Source of the DNA: a virus
Taxonomy: Duplodnaviria; Caudoviricetes
Strand: one strand, 5' to 3'
Length of the DNA: 38,330 nucleotides
IMG/VR virus record: IMGVR_UViG_3300010048_000854
Span: 1-38,330 of that record
Every line of letters starts with the position of its first letter. The first letter of the stretch is position 1. A program made the translations under genes and the position numbers. Under the pieces are notes generated by a model, which saw only the letters and a program-made list of their open reading frames with translations, had not been told where the DNA came from and ran no database searches. This document shows, piece after piece, positions 7,782-17,706 of the stretch.

Positions 7782-10002
7782 GCCCGTAGTTTTAAGCTCC
7801 AAATCGAAAAAGCGCAATCGGTCCATCGAAGGCGACGAGGACTTAATCACCAAGTCCCTGAAGCGCTTCAAGATCACCGCCGAAGCCGAGTCGGAATGGA
7901 GACGCCAGGCCCTTGAGGATCTGCGATTCTCTATCGGTACAGGACAATGGGATGAAGCGGTCAAAGCTAACCGGGAAATTGAAGGGAAGCCCTGTCTCAC
8001 CATCAATCGAGCGCCCAGCTTTCTTCGCCAATACACGGGAGAAGAAAGACAGCACCGGCCAGCAATGCTGGTTTCCCCCGTTGGTTCAGGAGCTGATCTC
8101 GAAGCAGCTAAAATTCATCAGGGCGTCCTCCGCCACATCGAAGTCGTCAGTTTCGCCGATGTCACCTACGACAACTCCTACGACATGATGATGCGGATCG
8201 GGGCGTGTCCCTGGCGGATCAAGGTGGATTACGTCCATGAGCGATCCTTCGACCAGGAGCCGCGCATCGAGCCGATCGAGAATCCCCTGGCCGCTTATCT
8301 CTCGCCAGTGCGAAGACCCGACGGAACCGATCCGCTGTGGGCGCACATCGTCACCGACTACTCGAAAGAGGATTACCAAGCGGAATTCGGCGAAACCGAC
8401 CTGGTGAAGCTGAATTTCCCCTCGCAACTGGGAAATGCTGAGCCGGACTGGGTGACGAAAGACGGCGCGCGAGTCGCGGAGTACTGGTGGATGGAGTTGC
8501 AGCGGAAGACACTGTGTCTGCTGGATGACGGAAGCACCGTCCTGAAAGATGAAATTCCCAAAGAGGAGCGGGCACGCATTGTAGACGACCGGGAAACCAT
8601 CGTCCGGAAGGTGCATTGTGTAAAGCACGATGCCGTTCAAGTTCTGAAGCGACATGACTACCTTGGAATGTATCTGCCTTTCCCGGAAGTCAATGGCGTC
8701 CGGTTGAACGTCAACGGAAAAGTCTACCGGGCAGGAATGGTCCGCGATTACCGGGACGCGCAACGGATTTATGACTTCATGGTGACCAGAGCAGTCGAGC
8801 AGGTGGATTTGTCATCGAAAGACCCGCTCTGGGTGGCGGACCAAAACGCCCAATATGCCGAAGACTACCGGCAGATGAACCGCAAGAACTTCTCCCATGT
8901 TTTCTTCAAGGCCTATGACGACCAGGGCCGCCAGTTGCCCCTACCACAGCGCGCCGGGCGCGAAGCCCCGATCCAGGCCATGCAAGCCCTGATCCAGCAG
9001 GCCGATTACGACATGAAGGCGGTCGTCGGGATGTACGGCTCCAGCCTGGGCGAAGAGGCGGGAAACACCCAGGAATCAGGCTTTGCCATCATGAACCGCC
9101 GCGAGCAATCCGACACTGGAGCGGTGACCTGGCACGATAACCTGAACCGAGCGATTGTCTGGCAAGGAAAGATTCTGCTGGACCTGTGGCCGAAACTGAT
9201 CAACTCGGCGCGCGTGCAGCGTATCGTCAACCCGGACGACTCGGTAAAGCATGCGGTGATCTTCAATTCGCAGCACAGCCCGCTTGAGAACGGCCAAGCT
9301 CCCCCGGAAGCTCTTGCGCTGCTTAATACCCAGCTGGGTCTGAAGAAAGCCTACGACGTGGGAGTGGGAAATTACGACCTCACGCTGGCTAGCGGCCCGA
9401 TGTACTCAACCGCGCGCAAGGAAGCCTTCAAAGCCATGACGGCGGTCATCTCCGAGAATCCGCAAATGATGCTTCCGATGGTCGGGGACATCTGGGCAAA
9501 GAATGCCGATTTCCCGGATGCGGATGTTTTGGCCGCACGCTTCAAGAAGATGCTCCCGCCCAATCTGCAGGACTCGGATGCCGACGACCTCCAGAGCAAA
9601 CTGCAGCAGGCCGAAGCGCAGACTGCCGCCCTCAGTGCAATGCACAACCAGCTCGTGGCCGAACTCAATCGGGCCTCGGATACCATTCGCACCAAGCGTC
9701 TCGACGTGGAAAGCCGCGAGCGGATCGCGCTCTGGAACAACTGGACGCAGCTCATGCTGCAGCGCCTGAAATCGCATGACGCGGCCGCTCAAACCCTCAT
9801 GGATGCGCAACTCCATGCCTTGCAAATGCGGCTAATGAATTTGCATGCTCCTGAACCAGTGGAGACCGAAGCCGGAGCTGCTCCCGACACTCCCGAGCTT
9901 CCAAACGCAGTTGAACCAAAGGTGCAGCCTGTAACGCCAGCTGCGCCGACTCCAAGACCGCAACCGATTGGAGTGCAGCCCGCAGCGCAGCCCAAGATCT
10001 AG
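7780..10002 (+). CDS. Portal protein, P22-like
   Basis: 740 aa. EDLRF..GQW, PCLTIN, RDAQRIYD, ESGFAI, C-terminal coiled coil. Confidence 0.92.
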   Translation: MPVVLSSKSKKRNRSIEGDEDLITKSLKRFKITAEAESEWRRQALEDLRFSIGTGQWDEAVKANREIEGKPCLTINRAPSFLRQYTGEERQHRPAMLVSPVGSGADLEAAKIHQGVLRHIEVVSFADVTYDNSYDMMMRIGACPWRIKVDYVHERSFDQEPRIEPIENPLAAYLSPVRRPDGTDPLWAHIVTDYSKEDYQAEFGETDLVKLNFPSQLGNAEPDWVTKDGARVAEYWWMELQRKTLCLLDDGSTVLKDEIPKEERARIVDDRETIVRKVHCVKHDAVQVLKRHDYLGMYLPFPEVNGVRLNVNGKVYRAGMVRDYRDAQRIYDFMVTRAVEQVDLSSKDPLWVADQNAQYAEDYRQMNRKNFSHVFFKAYDDQGRQLPLPQRAGREAPIQAMQALIQQADYDMKAVVGMYGSSLGEEAGNTQESGFAIMNRREQSDTGAVTWHDNLNRAIVWQGKILLDLWPKLINSARVQRIVNPDDSVKHAVIFNSQHSPLENGQAPPEALALLNTQLGLKKAYDVGVGNYDLTLASGPMYSTARKEAFKAMTAVISENPQMMLPMVGDIWAKNADFPDADVLAARFKKMLPPNLQDSDADDLQSKLQQAEAQTAALSAMHNQLVAELNRASDTIRTKRLDVESRERIALWNNWTQLMLQRLKSHDAAAQTLMDAQLHALQMRLMNLHAPEPVETEAGAAPDTPELPNAVEPKVQPVTPAAPTPRPQPIGVQPAAQPKI

Positions 10003-10046
10003 AACCACAAACCCAAATATCCGCATACCCACACAAGGAGGAAGCG

Positions 10047-10973
10047 ATGCCATCTGGGATCATTCTGTCGTCTGGTAGTCAGGGAGCCACACAGGAAGCC
10101 ATCGAGAAAGTGCTAACCGATCACGGGTACGAGGCGGAGAAGCCGGAAGTCGAAGCGCCCGCCGAGCCACAGGAGCCCAAGCGGGAAGATTTCGAGACAG
10201 ACGAGGCCTTCGAAGTCGCCCAGGAGGAATTCGCGGCGAAAGCGGAAGAGGCCGCCGAAGAGGAAGAGGAGCGCAAAGAAAAAGAGCGCCTGGAAAAACT
10301 TCCCAAGCCCAGCCGCCGCCAGCGCGCGGTCGAAAAGGCCACCAAGGAACTGCGCGACGAGAACAAGAAGCTAGCCGAACGGCTTGCGGCGCTCGAAGGC
10401 AAAAAGCCCGCCGAAGTACAGCCCAAAATCGAGACTCCTAAGCGGGAGGACTTCAAGACCGACCAGGAATTTGAAGAGGCGATGTTTGACTACCGCTACA
10501 AGCTCCGGCGCATTAAGGAAGCCGCCGAGGAGACGCTGAAAGCGCAGCAGGACCGCCTCAAAGAACACTTTGAAAACTACCAGACCGCAGTCGCCGACTT
10601 TAAAGACGAGCACGACGACTGGGACGAGGTAGTCAATCAATCGCTACCCATCCACGAGAGCGTGTATCTGGCTGTGATCGAACAGGAGAACGGCCCCCAA
10701 GTGACTTACTACCTTGGGAAGCACCCTGATTTCGCGCGCCGGCTCGCGGAAATGTCTCCACTCTCCGCCGTTATGGAAATCGGCCGCCTCGCCGACAGGC
10801 TGAAGGGCGGCAAACCCGAGCCCAGCGGAGAGAAACCGAAACCCAAGCCGCGACTTCCCGAACCGGTCAAGCCGGTCTCGACCGCGGCCACAGCAAGCAC
10901 GCTGACTTCGCGCGAAGCCGCCGAGAAACGCGACTTCAGGGCCTTCAAGAGGGCGCAAGCGCGGGGCGTGTAA
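10047..10973 (+). CDS. Scaffolding protein
   Basis: Acidic helical protein between portal and coat. GPQVTYYLGKHP motif, AAGGAGG RBS, internal PKREDF repeat. Confidence 0.85.
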   Translation: MPSGIILSSGSQGATQEAIEKVLTDHGYEAEKPEVEAPAEPQEPKREDFETDEAFEVAQEEFAAKAEEAAEEEEERKEKERLEKLPKPSRRQRAVEKATKELRDENKKLAERLAALEGKKPAEVQPKIETPKREDFKTDQEFEEAMFDYRYKLRRIKEAAEETLKAQQDRLKEHFENYQTAVADFKDEHDDWDEVVNQSLPIHESVYLAVIEQENGPQVTYYLGKHPDFARRLAEMSPLSAVMEIGRLADRLKGGKPEPSGEKPKPKPRLPEPVKPVSTAATASTLTSREAAEKRDFRAFKRAQARGV

Positions 10974-10991
10974 TCCCTAGGAGATTCCACC

Positions 10992-12260
10992 TTGGCCAAT
11001 CTGATCCTTACCAACCAGGAGATCAGTTTCAAGAACCTGATGGTGCTTGAAAACTCGATCTCCTTCACCAAGAAAGTCATCCGCCGTTACGATGAAAAGT
11101 TCGGGCGCGCCGGCGCGAAAATCGGTTACATCCTCAACATTCGCAAGCCCGCACGTTCCGTCTCGACCGCCGGACAAGGCATCCAGCTACAGGACTACAT
11201 CGAGCGCTCGGTTCCCCTGGTGCTCAATAAGCAATACCAACAGGCCTGCGCTTTTACCTCGTCCGACCTTTCGCTCTCCCTGGACGACTTCACCAACCGG
11301 GTCACCAAGCCCAAAATCGTCCAGCTCGCCAATGACATCGACTACGACGGGTTGCAGCAATTCGTAAACGTGCCCGCCGAAGTCGGCACTCCGGGAACCG
11401 TCCCGAATACCCCGGACACCTACCTCAACGCTTTGCAGATCCTGGCCGACGAAGGCTTCCCGGTCGATGACGTAGAAGGGCTTTCGGTCCACATCTCGCC
11501 CCGCATGCAGCGCGCGATCTTTCCCGCCTTGCAGGGCCTGGTGGCGACCGGAGGCGGCACGGCGCAGTTTGCTTTCCTGCGGAACCTGAAAGATGGAGTG
11601 GGCGGCGAGGCCGACTATTTCAAGGGCCTGGTCGCGAAAGGCCTGGGATTCGATTGGTTCATGACCCAGAACGCTCCGACCTTCACCACCGGAACGCAGG
11701 GCGGAGTGCCCGTCGTCAATAGCGCCGGGCAGACCGGAAGCTCAATCACGAGCTCGGGCTGGACGGCTTCCACCAACGTCCTCAACGCGGGCGACATCAT
11801 CACCTTCGCGGGCGTCCACCGGATCAACCCGCTAACACGGCAGTCTACCGGCGATCTGCGGACTTTCGTGGTCACGGCGGCGGTTACGTCGAACGGCGGC
11901 GGCGTGGCGACGATTCCCATTGCCTGCGTGGACGGCGACGGAATCACCGTGGCTGGTCCTTACCAGACGGTGGATGTCTCTCCGGCGAATAATGCGGCGA
12001 TCACCGTGTCGGGCGCTTCAGCAGTGCAGAGCTACCGCGGCGTGGCCTTCCATCCGGAAGCCTTCACCTTCGGCTGCGCAGACCTGGAGATGTACGACAA
12101 CCAGCACATCATGGAGATGGCGGCGGACAAGGAATTGGGCCTCGCCATTCGCATGTGGGCGATGCCGGACATCAATACCGACCGCTTGCTGATGAGGCTG
12201 GACGTTCTGGGCGGATGGCTCACCATGTACGGCCAGGGAGCAGTCCGGATCGCCAGCTAA
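10992..12260 (+). CDS. Major capsid protein, P22 coat family
   Basis: 422 aa. MANLILT, AKIG..LNIRKP, LANDID, GDIITFAGV, RLDVLGG. TTG start with AGGAG RBS. Confidence 0.92.
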   Translation: MANLILTNQEISFKNLMVLENSISFTKKVIRRYDEKFGRAGAKIGYILNIRKPARSVSTAGQGIQLQDYIERSVPLVLNKQYQQACAFTSSDLSLSLDDFTNRVTKPKIVQLANDIDYDGLQQFVNVPAEVGTPGTVPNTPDTYLNALQILADEGFPVDDVEGLSVHISPRMQRAIFPALQGLVATGGGTAQFAFLRNLKDGVGGEADYFKGLVAKGLGFDWFMTQNAPTFTTGTQGGVPVVNSAGQTGSSITSSGWTASTNVLNAGDIITFAGVHRINPLTRQSTGDLRTFVVTAAVTSNGGGVATIPIACVDGDGITVAGPYQTVDVSPANNAAITVSGASAVQSYRGVAFHPEAFTFGCADLEMYDNQHIMEMAADKELGLAIRMWAMPDINTDRLLMRLDVLGGWLTMYGQGAVRIAS

Positions 12261-12301
12261 CCCGAAAGTCAAATTCCCAAAGAAAAGAGAAACCCATCGT
12301 T

Positions 12302-13144
12302 ATGACTCGCTTCACGAAAATCGCTTCGCTTCTCGTTTTCCTGGCGGGTTTGGCTTCGTTTGCGGTCGGTCAGACTGCACTTACCCAAACCACGCTCTCC
12401 GCGGCAGTTTCCGGGCCTTCCGGCTATTCGGGAACTTCGCCGACCATCTCTCAATCCGTAACGCTGGCGTCCTGCACGGGCATTGCGGCGCCAATCCTTC
12501 CCGGAACTCCCTCGTCGATCATTTACGTGGGCCGGGAAGCGATGGGCGTTTTCACGGTGAACACGAGTTCTTGCGTGCTCACGGTGAATCGCGGCTATCT
12601 GGGCACCCAGGCCGCCCCGCATCCTTCGGGGGACATGGTGCTCTATGGCCCGAACTATGCGGTGACGCTGGCCCAGGGCGGGAATCCGGTTCCTTCCGGG
12701 CTGTTTCAGCAGGACCCGCCGATCGGTGGGACTTGCACGGCTGCAAATACGCCAACCACGCCATGGGTGAACGTGCTGACAGGCGCTCAGTGGCTGTGCT
12801 CCTCGGTGACCAATACCTGGGTCGCGGGGTTCAACAATCCGCTGGCCCTGGATTTCACCGCCCAGACAGCCACGGTACCGGCGGCGGCGGGGACGATCAC
12901 CCCGAGCGGGCCGTACTTCATCGTGAGCGGCGCGGGTGCGATCACCGGATTTACTGTCCCGGTTGGTTGCAACGCCACGGCGACCGGAGCCTGCACCTTC
13001 ACGATTATCTCGGCGGCGGGCTCTACCTGGACCTGGACGGCGGCGGGCAACATCATGACCGCCGGAACCGGGACGGCGGGGCATAGCTTCACCTTCACCT
13101 GGTCGGCGAGCCTGCAGAAGTTCGTACCGTCTGCACTCACGTAA
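12302..13144 (+). CDS. Signal-peptide-bearing beta-rich protein, putative capsid decoration
   Basis: MTRFTKIASLLVFLAGLASFAVG/Q, Thr/Gly-rich, 6 Cys, directly after the coat gene. Confidence 0.7.
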   Translation: MTRFTKIASLLVFLAGLASFAVGQTALTQTTLSAAVSGPSGYSGTSPTISQSVTLASCTGIAAPILPGTPSSIIYVGREAMGVFTVNTSSCVLTVNRGYLGTQAAPHPSGDMVLYGPNYAVTLAQGGNPVPSGLFQQDPPIGGTCTAANTPTTPWVNVLTGAQWLCSSVTNTWVAGFNNPLALDFTAQTATVPAAAGTITPSGPYFIVSGAGAITGFTVPVGCNATATGACTFTIISAAGSTWTWTAAGNIMTAGTGTAGHSFTFTWSASLQKFVPSALT

Positions 13145-13159
13145 TCCCTCCTCCGCTTC

Positions 13160-13183
13160 GGGCGCTGAGCGACATCAGCGCCC
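13160..13183 (+). other. GC-rich hairpin
   Basis: GGGCGCTGA-gcgaca-TCAGCGCCC, no U-tract. Confidence 0.55.
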
Positions 13184-13212
13184 ACCCAAATTCTCAGAAA
13201 AAGGAAATTCCC

Positions 13213-13380
13213 ATGGCAAATCTAGACGGAACCGACAAGATCGTCCCGACTCCGTATGACGCGCACGAACAGGTAGTGCGTGGACCTCACACTCACTCGC
13301 GCGAAGAGGGCTATCAGCCCGCTACAGCGCCTAAGCCGGAAGAGCAGGAAGAAAACAGCGGCGAAAAAGCAGCCGAGTAG
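13213..13380 (+). CDS. Small acidic hypothetical protein
   Basis: 55 aa read by hand, AAGGA RBS. Confidence 0.65.
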   Translation: MANLDGTDKIVPTPYDAHEQVVRGPHTHSREEGYQPATAPKPEEQEENSGEKAAE

Positions 13381-13436
13381 TTCTCGGCCTGTAGTTACAC
13401 CCTAGTTTCAGCACTCAACTCCCAGAGGAGAACGCA

Positions 13437-13760
13437 ATGGCAAACGGCGGCAACTTCAACATGGATGACCCGGCCAAACAGGAACAGATTCGGCGCGGCT
13501 CGCACGAATACGTTCCCACCGCAGGGAAACACGGCTCCTACATCCCCAAGCCCTACAAGCACCAGGAATACCCGAAGATGCTGGGCAAGTATCCCCAGCC
13601 GAAACAGGCCGATTTCCTGACGGTCAATGGGGTGGCGGTTCCGGGAGACATCGCCCTGGCGAACTTCCAGAACGCCATGACGGAATGGGACCGGGCAATG
13701 ACGGCCTCAGTCGTCAATAACAAGGCCGAAGAACAGCAGTGGCTGAAGGAAAACGGCTAG
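13437..13760 (+). CDS. Hypothetical protein, head-completion region
   Basis: 107 aa, GAGGAG RBS, QEYPKM motif. Confidence 0.75.
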   Translation: MANGGNFNMDDPAKQEQIRRGSHEYVPTAGKHGSYIPKPYKHQEYPKMLGKYPQPKQADFLTVNGVAVPGDIALANFQNAMTEWDRAMTASVVNNKAEEQQWLKENG

Positions 13761-13764
13761 GCCT

Positions 13765-14322
13765 TTGGCCCGGATTGTCGGCTACGTCATGCGGCACGGC
13801 TCGACCGCCATCTCCCCCGCCCCGGAGGGATGGAAGCCCATCGGGTTGAGCCGGGAGGGTTGGGGCGAGGCTCAGGCGGGCGCGGATTTCTTGGAGCAGT
13901 TCATCCGCGAGGGAGCGCCCAAGCCCGACTGGGGAATTTCCTCGGATCTGCCGCGCGCCGAGCAGACTTTGGCAATTGTGGCGGATTCGCTGCATATCCC
14001 TGTGCTCCATGCGCTCACGGATCTGCGCGCCTTCGAGGAAAAGGCTGAGACGCCCGCCCGGTATGAAGAACGGAACGCTGAGGCCTTCGGAAACATTCTC
14101 ACCACCGCCGCGAAATCGAACTCCGTGCCCCTGATCGTCTGCCATCGCTCGTCCTCGGGCTTTCTCGGCAAGAAGCACAAGATCCTGTCCCGCGATCCGG
14201 ATTACCGCTATGACGCCTTGCTGCTCGAAGGCGGGATCCTGGCGCTGACCGACTGCGGGATCATGCCCTTATTTCGGGCGATTGAAAGCAACTGGCCGGA
14301 GCATCTCAGATGCCAGTCTTAG
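13765..14322 (+). CDS. Histidine phosphatase superfamily protein
   Basis: RHG, LSxxG, SSDLPRAEQT, LIVCH. Confidence 0.85.
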   Translation: MARIVGYVMRHGSTAISPAPEGWKPIGLSREGWGEAQAGADFLEQFIREGAPKPDWGISSDLPRAEQTLAIVADSLHIPVLHALTDLRAFEEKAETPARYEERNAEAFGNILTTAAKSNSVPLIVCHRSSSGFLGKKHKILSRDPDYRYDALLLEGGILALTDCGIMPLFRAIESNWPEHLRCQS

Positions 14323-15113
14323 TTCCCAGCAACATTCTCCAGCGCTCCGCAAGCGACTTCATTAAGTCGGCCTTGCGGCTGGTCGGGTCTTTGCGTTCTG
14401 GCCTGAATCTTTCGGGCGACGAACTGAAGGACTGCCAGATGGTGCTCAATGATCTGCTGGATGCTTGGAGCGCCCAGCGGATCATGGTCTTTGTGGTGCA
14501 GCGAGTGACGCTCGACCAGAATCAAGCCACGCTCATGCTCAAGGCAAGCCAGCAAACCTACAGCCTGGGCAACCAGAACAATAACGAGGATTTCCTGCTT
14601 TCGCGTCCGGCGCGACTTGAAAGAGTCTCCATCATGTACTCGGCCTCGCAGCAGACTCCGGTCGAGTTGCCGATGGATATGTACGACGACGTGAAGTGGC
14701 AGGGGATTGCGAATAAATCCACGCCGTCTTTACTCCCTCAGGTCTGCTACGTCGAGGAAAATTTCCCCGACATGAATCTCTCGTTCTGGCCGGTTCCGAC
14801 TCAGGCTAATCCGGTCGTGCTCTATCCGTGGGCGCTGCTGACGCTTTTCCCAGATCTCACTTCGCAATTCAGCTTCCCGCCGGGATATGCACGCGCGATC
14901 CGCTACAACCTGGCGGTTGATCTGGCGGCGGAATTCCCGTGCGACATGACCAAGCTCCAACTGGTCCTGAAACAGGCCGCGATCTATAAGGCCGACATTG
15001 CCTCGTTCAACGTGAAGGCGAAAGAGGCTTTCTGCGACGAGGCCATCGTGGGCAGCTACGGCAAGATGGGCAATATCTTTACCGGCACGGCGAACCGCTC
15101 CAACCGCTACTAA
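14310..15113 (+). CDS. Head-tail adaptor, P22 gp4-like
   Basis: IKSALRLVG, LNDLLDAW, FPPGYARAIRYNLAVDLAAEF. Confidence 0.75.
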   Translation: MPVLVPSNILQRSASDFIKSALRLVGSLRSGLNLSGDELKDCQMVLNDLLDAWSAQRIMVFVVQRVTLDQNQATLMLKASQQTYSLGNQNNNEDFLLSRPARLERVSIMYSASQQTPVELPMDMYDDVKWQGIANKSTPSLLPQVCYVEENFPDMNLSFWPVPTQANPVVLYPWALLTLFPDLTSQFSFPPGYARAIRYNLAVDLAAEFPCDMTKLQLVLKQAAIYKADIASFNVKAKEAFCDEAIVGSYGKMGNIFTGTANRSNRY

Positions 15114-15116
15114 CCC

Positions 15117-16640
15117 ATGAGATTCGGCTTTGTAGGTCCCGCATACGCTTCCCCCACACCCCTCGCCGATGCGGAGGCGCTCGTCAACTGGCGTGCGCAG
15201 AAAGTCGAATCGCCCAACTCCCGAACGGGCTTGATTCTGCTGCCGACCTCGGGGCTCTCGCTCTTTACGAATCTCGGCAATTTCCCCACCGGAGTGCGAG
15301 GTTCCTACACGACCAGCGGGCGGACGTTCAAAGTCGCCGGAACGCATCTGTTCGAGATCACGGCCAACGGCGGGAACATCGACTACGGCGGGGCGGGTGG
15401 AAATAACAACATCTTCGATGACGGACTCCCAGCAACAATGGTTGCGGGCGGGACGGTCGGCGGAACGTATCCATCTCAACTTTTGATTGCGAGCGGCGGA
15501 AATCTATCCGTCTTTTCGCTGCTGACGAATACCTTTCAGCCGCTCACCACTCCCCCGACCCAAGTGCTGATGGTCGAGTTCCTAGACGGCTTCTTTATCG
15601 CGCTGGAAGCCGGAAATACCTGGTCGGTCTCGAATCCCGAGGATGCCACGACCTGGCCGGGGATCTCGGTCACGCAAGTTCAAGTGTTCTCGGATCAGCT
15701 GCTGGCCATCATCGCCTCGAATCGGCTGCTCTGGGTCTTCGGCCAGAAAAGAGCGGTCGCCTATTACAACTCCGGCGCGCCTTTGTTTCCCTTCGATGTA
15801 GCTTCGGGTGGTTTTGTGGAAGTCGGGATTCTGGCGCAGTTTTCTCCGGCCAGAGTCGCCACCCGCGCGGGAACAACTGTCTGCTTCCTCGGTGGAGACG
15901 AGCGCGGCGGCGGAGTGGTTTACGCGCTGAATGGATTCATCGAGCAGAGAATCTCGGACAGCGCCCTGGAATTTTGGCTGGCGCATCAGTCGGTCATTTC
16001 GGATGCAGTCGGATGGGCGAGCCAGGAGGAAGGGCAGAACTTTTACAACCTGTGGTTTCCGACGGCGAATACGACCTGGGTGCTCGACATCGATCTGGGG
16101 TGGTGGCATCAGAAAAGCTCGCTCGTTCTGGGCAGACCTGCGGCGCATTTAGCCCGCTGCCATACCTACAACTTCGGCCAGCATTTGGTCGGCGATCGGA
16201 CCTCCGGGAACGTCTATTCGATGAGCTCGTCCAATTTGACCGACAACGGTCTGGCCATTATCCGGACGCGCGTCGGCCCAACCATCTCGAATGAAGGCGG
16301 GCAGATTCCGGTCGGGATCAATGAATTTCAAATTGACGTGGATGCGACTGGGCCCCAGCCACCACTTGTGGATGCATTTGGAAATCCCCGCGATCCCGTG
16401 ATGATGGTTAGCTATTCCGAAGATTATGGGCGCTCGTGGCTGCCGGAACGCATGTTGCCTTGTGGTCGCGCAGGAGAATTCAAGCGGATTGTAATCGATC
16501 GGCGTTTGGGTTCGTGGAGATCATGGACACCAAGAGTGATGGTATCGGACCCGATCAGTTGGAAGATTGTGGATGCATACACCAACAGCACACAGAACTC
16601 AGAGCAACGGTATGTTAAGCGACTCGCGGCGATCTCTTAA
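15117..16640 (+). CDS. Tail hub protein, P22 gp10-like
   Basis: 507 aa beta-rich. FLDGFF, TWVLD...[21 protein letters not shown]. Confidence 0.8.
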   Translation: MRFGFVGPAYASPTPLADAEALVNWRAQKVESPNSRTGLILLPTSGLSLFTNLGNFPTGVRGSYTTSGRTFKVAGTHLFEITANGGNIDYGGAGGNNNIFDDGLPATMVAGGTVGGTYPSQLLIASGGNLSVFSLLTNTFQPLTTPPTQVLMVEFLDGFFIALEAGNTWSVSNPEDATTWPGISVTQVQVFSDQLLAIIASNRLLWVFGQKRAVAYYNSGAPLFPFDVASGGFVEVGILAQFSPARVATRAGTTVCFLGGDERGGGVVYALNGFIEQRISDSALEFWLAHQSVISDAVGWASQEEGQNFYNLWFPTANTTWVLDIDLGWWHQKSSLVLGRPAAHLARCHTYNFGQHLVGDRTSGNVYSMSSSNLTDNGLAIIRTRVGPTISNEGGQIPVGINEFQIDVDATGPQPPLVDAFGNPRDPVMMVSYSEDYGRSWLPERMLPCGRAGEFKRIVIDRRLGSWRSWTPRVMVSDPISWKIVDAYTNSTQNSEQRYVKRLAAIS

Positions 16641-17142
16641 ATTTTCCGCCTCGATTTGCGGCTTGCTCTTTCGGCGTGGCCCATCGGCAATTTTCCGGGG
16701 AGTAGGAGCCATCATTGTTGATGCGTTCAATGGTGCAATCCGGAGAGGGCTTCGGTCCCATGTCGGCAAAGAAATTCTCAAAGCTATTGAGCCATCGTTC
16801 GCAAACCGTGATGCCACGACCGCCGTACTTGGCAAAGCGATTGTTCGTGGGCGTGTAGCAACGGCGCTTCATGGCGCGCCAGCTGTCGTACTCCGGCCAG
16901 CAGCGACCTCCACGCTCAACCTCACGTGTCGCACCGTGTTGGAGATTGTTGCTGTGTTCTTGCTCGATGCATCCGCAACTCCGCGTAAAGCCCTTGCGCA
17001 GACTGTAGCCGCGTACTGAATGCTGCTTTCCACATTGACACTGACAGAGCCACCACTTCTCCGGGCCATTCTTGGTGTCATCCGGAGCGATCACAGTGAG
17101 GCGGCCAAAAATGCGACCGAGCAGATTGACCATCGCAGGCAT
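16615..17142 (-). CDS. HNH-type putative homing endonuclease (YGGRGI family)
   Basis: [48 protein letters not shown]. Confidence 0.88.
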   Translation of the reverse strand: MPAMVNLLGRIFGRLTVIAPDDTKNGPEKWWLCQCQCGKQHSVRGYSLRKGFTRSCGCIEQEHSNNLQHGATREVERGGRCWPEYDSWRAMKRRCYTPTNNRFAKYGGRGITVCERWLNSFENFFADMGPKPSPDCTIERINNDGSYSPENCRWATPKEQAANRGGKFKRSPRVA

Positions 17143-17156
17143 TTCGGTATTTTCTC

Positions 17157-17702
17157 ATGAGCCGCCAACTACTCGAAACGCTCGTTCCGCAGCACTGGGA
17201 CAGCCAGAAACCGGGCGCTCCCTCGGGCTTTAATCGGGTGCGCTGGCTGCAGGGTGTCAACGATCTGCTCAATCGGCCCGTAGTGAATCGCGGAACGGCT
17301 TCGACCTCCAACACCGGCGTCATTCTCAATGGGGCGGGGCAGTCTACCGGAATCGGAATCGGCGCACTTCAGCCGAAGCGGTATGGGGAATTCACGGTCA
17401 AAGCTCGGGTGACTTTCAACTTAAGCGCCGCAGGGCCTGCCTTTCTGTATGTGGTCCGCACACTCGGCGCGATTCCGGCCCAAGGCGCAGGCTTCAATCT
17501 TGGCGACGTCACGGTGGGCGGCGATGCGTTCGCGGGCGGCCAACTTCCAGCCCTTACCAACCAATGCGCCTCGTTCTCGTTTCTCGACACCGGTCTGGAT
17601 GTCACGAAACAGTACAAATACTACTTCGCGGTTCTGGGGCCAGCGGGAAAGACGCTCAATTTGATCAATAACTCGCAACTTCTGGTGATGGAACGGTCCT
17701 AA
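17157..17702 (+). CDS. Putative tail-associated protein
   Basis: 181 aa beta-rich, lies between the gp10-like and ejection genes. Confidence 0.6.
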   Translation: MSRQLLETLVPQHWDSQKPGAPSGFNRVRWLQGVNDLLNRPVVNRGTASTSNTGVILNGAGQSTGIGIGALQPKRYGEFTVKARVTFNLSAAGPAFLYVVRTLGAIPAQGAGFNLGDVTVGGDAFAGGQLPALTNQCASFSFLDTGLDVTKQYKYYFAVLGPAGKTLNLINNSQLLVMERS

Positions 17703-17706
17703 TCCC

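Noticed and set aside
13160-13183. Intrinsic terminator
   Set aside because: Strong stem but no U-tract on either strand. Kept only as a hairpin.
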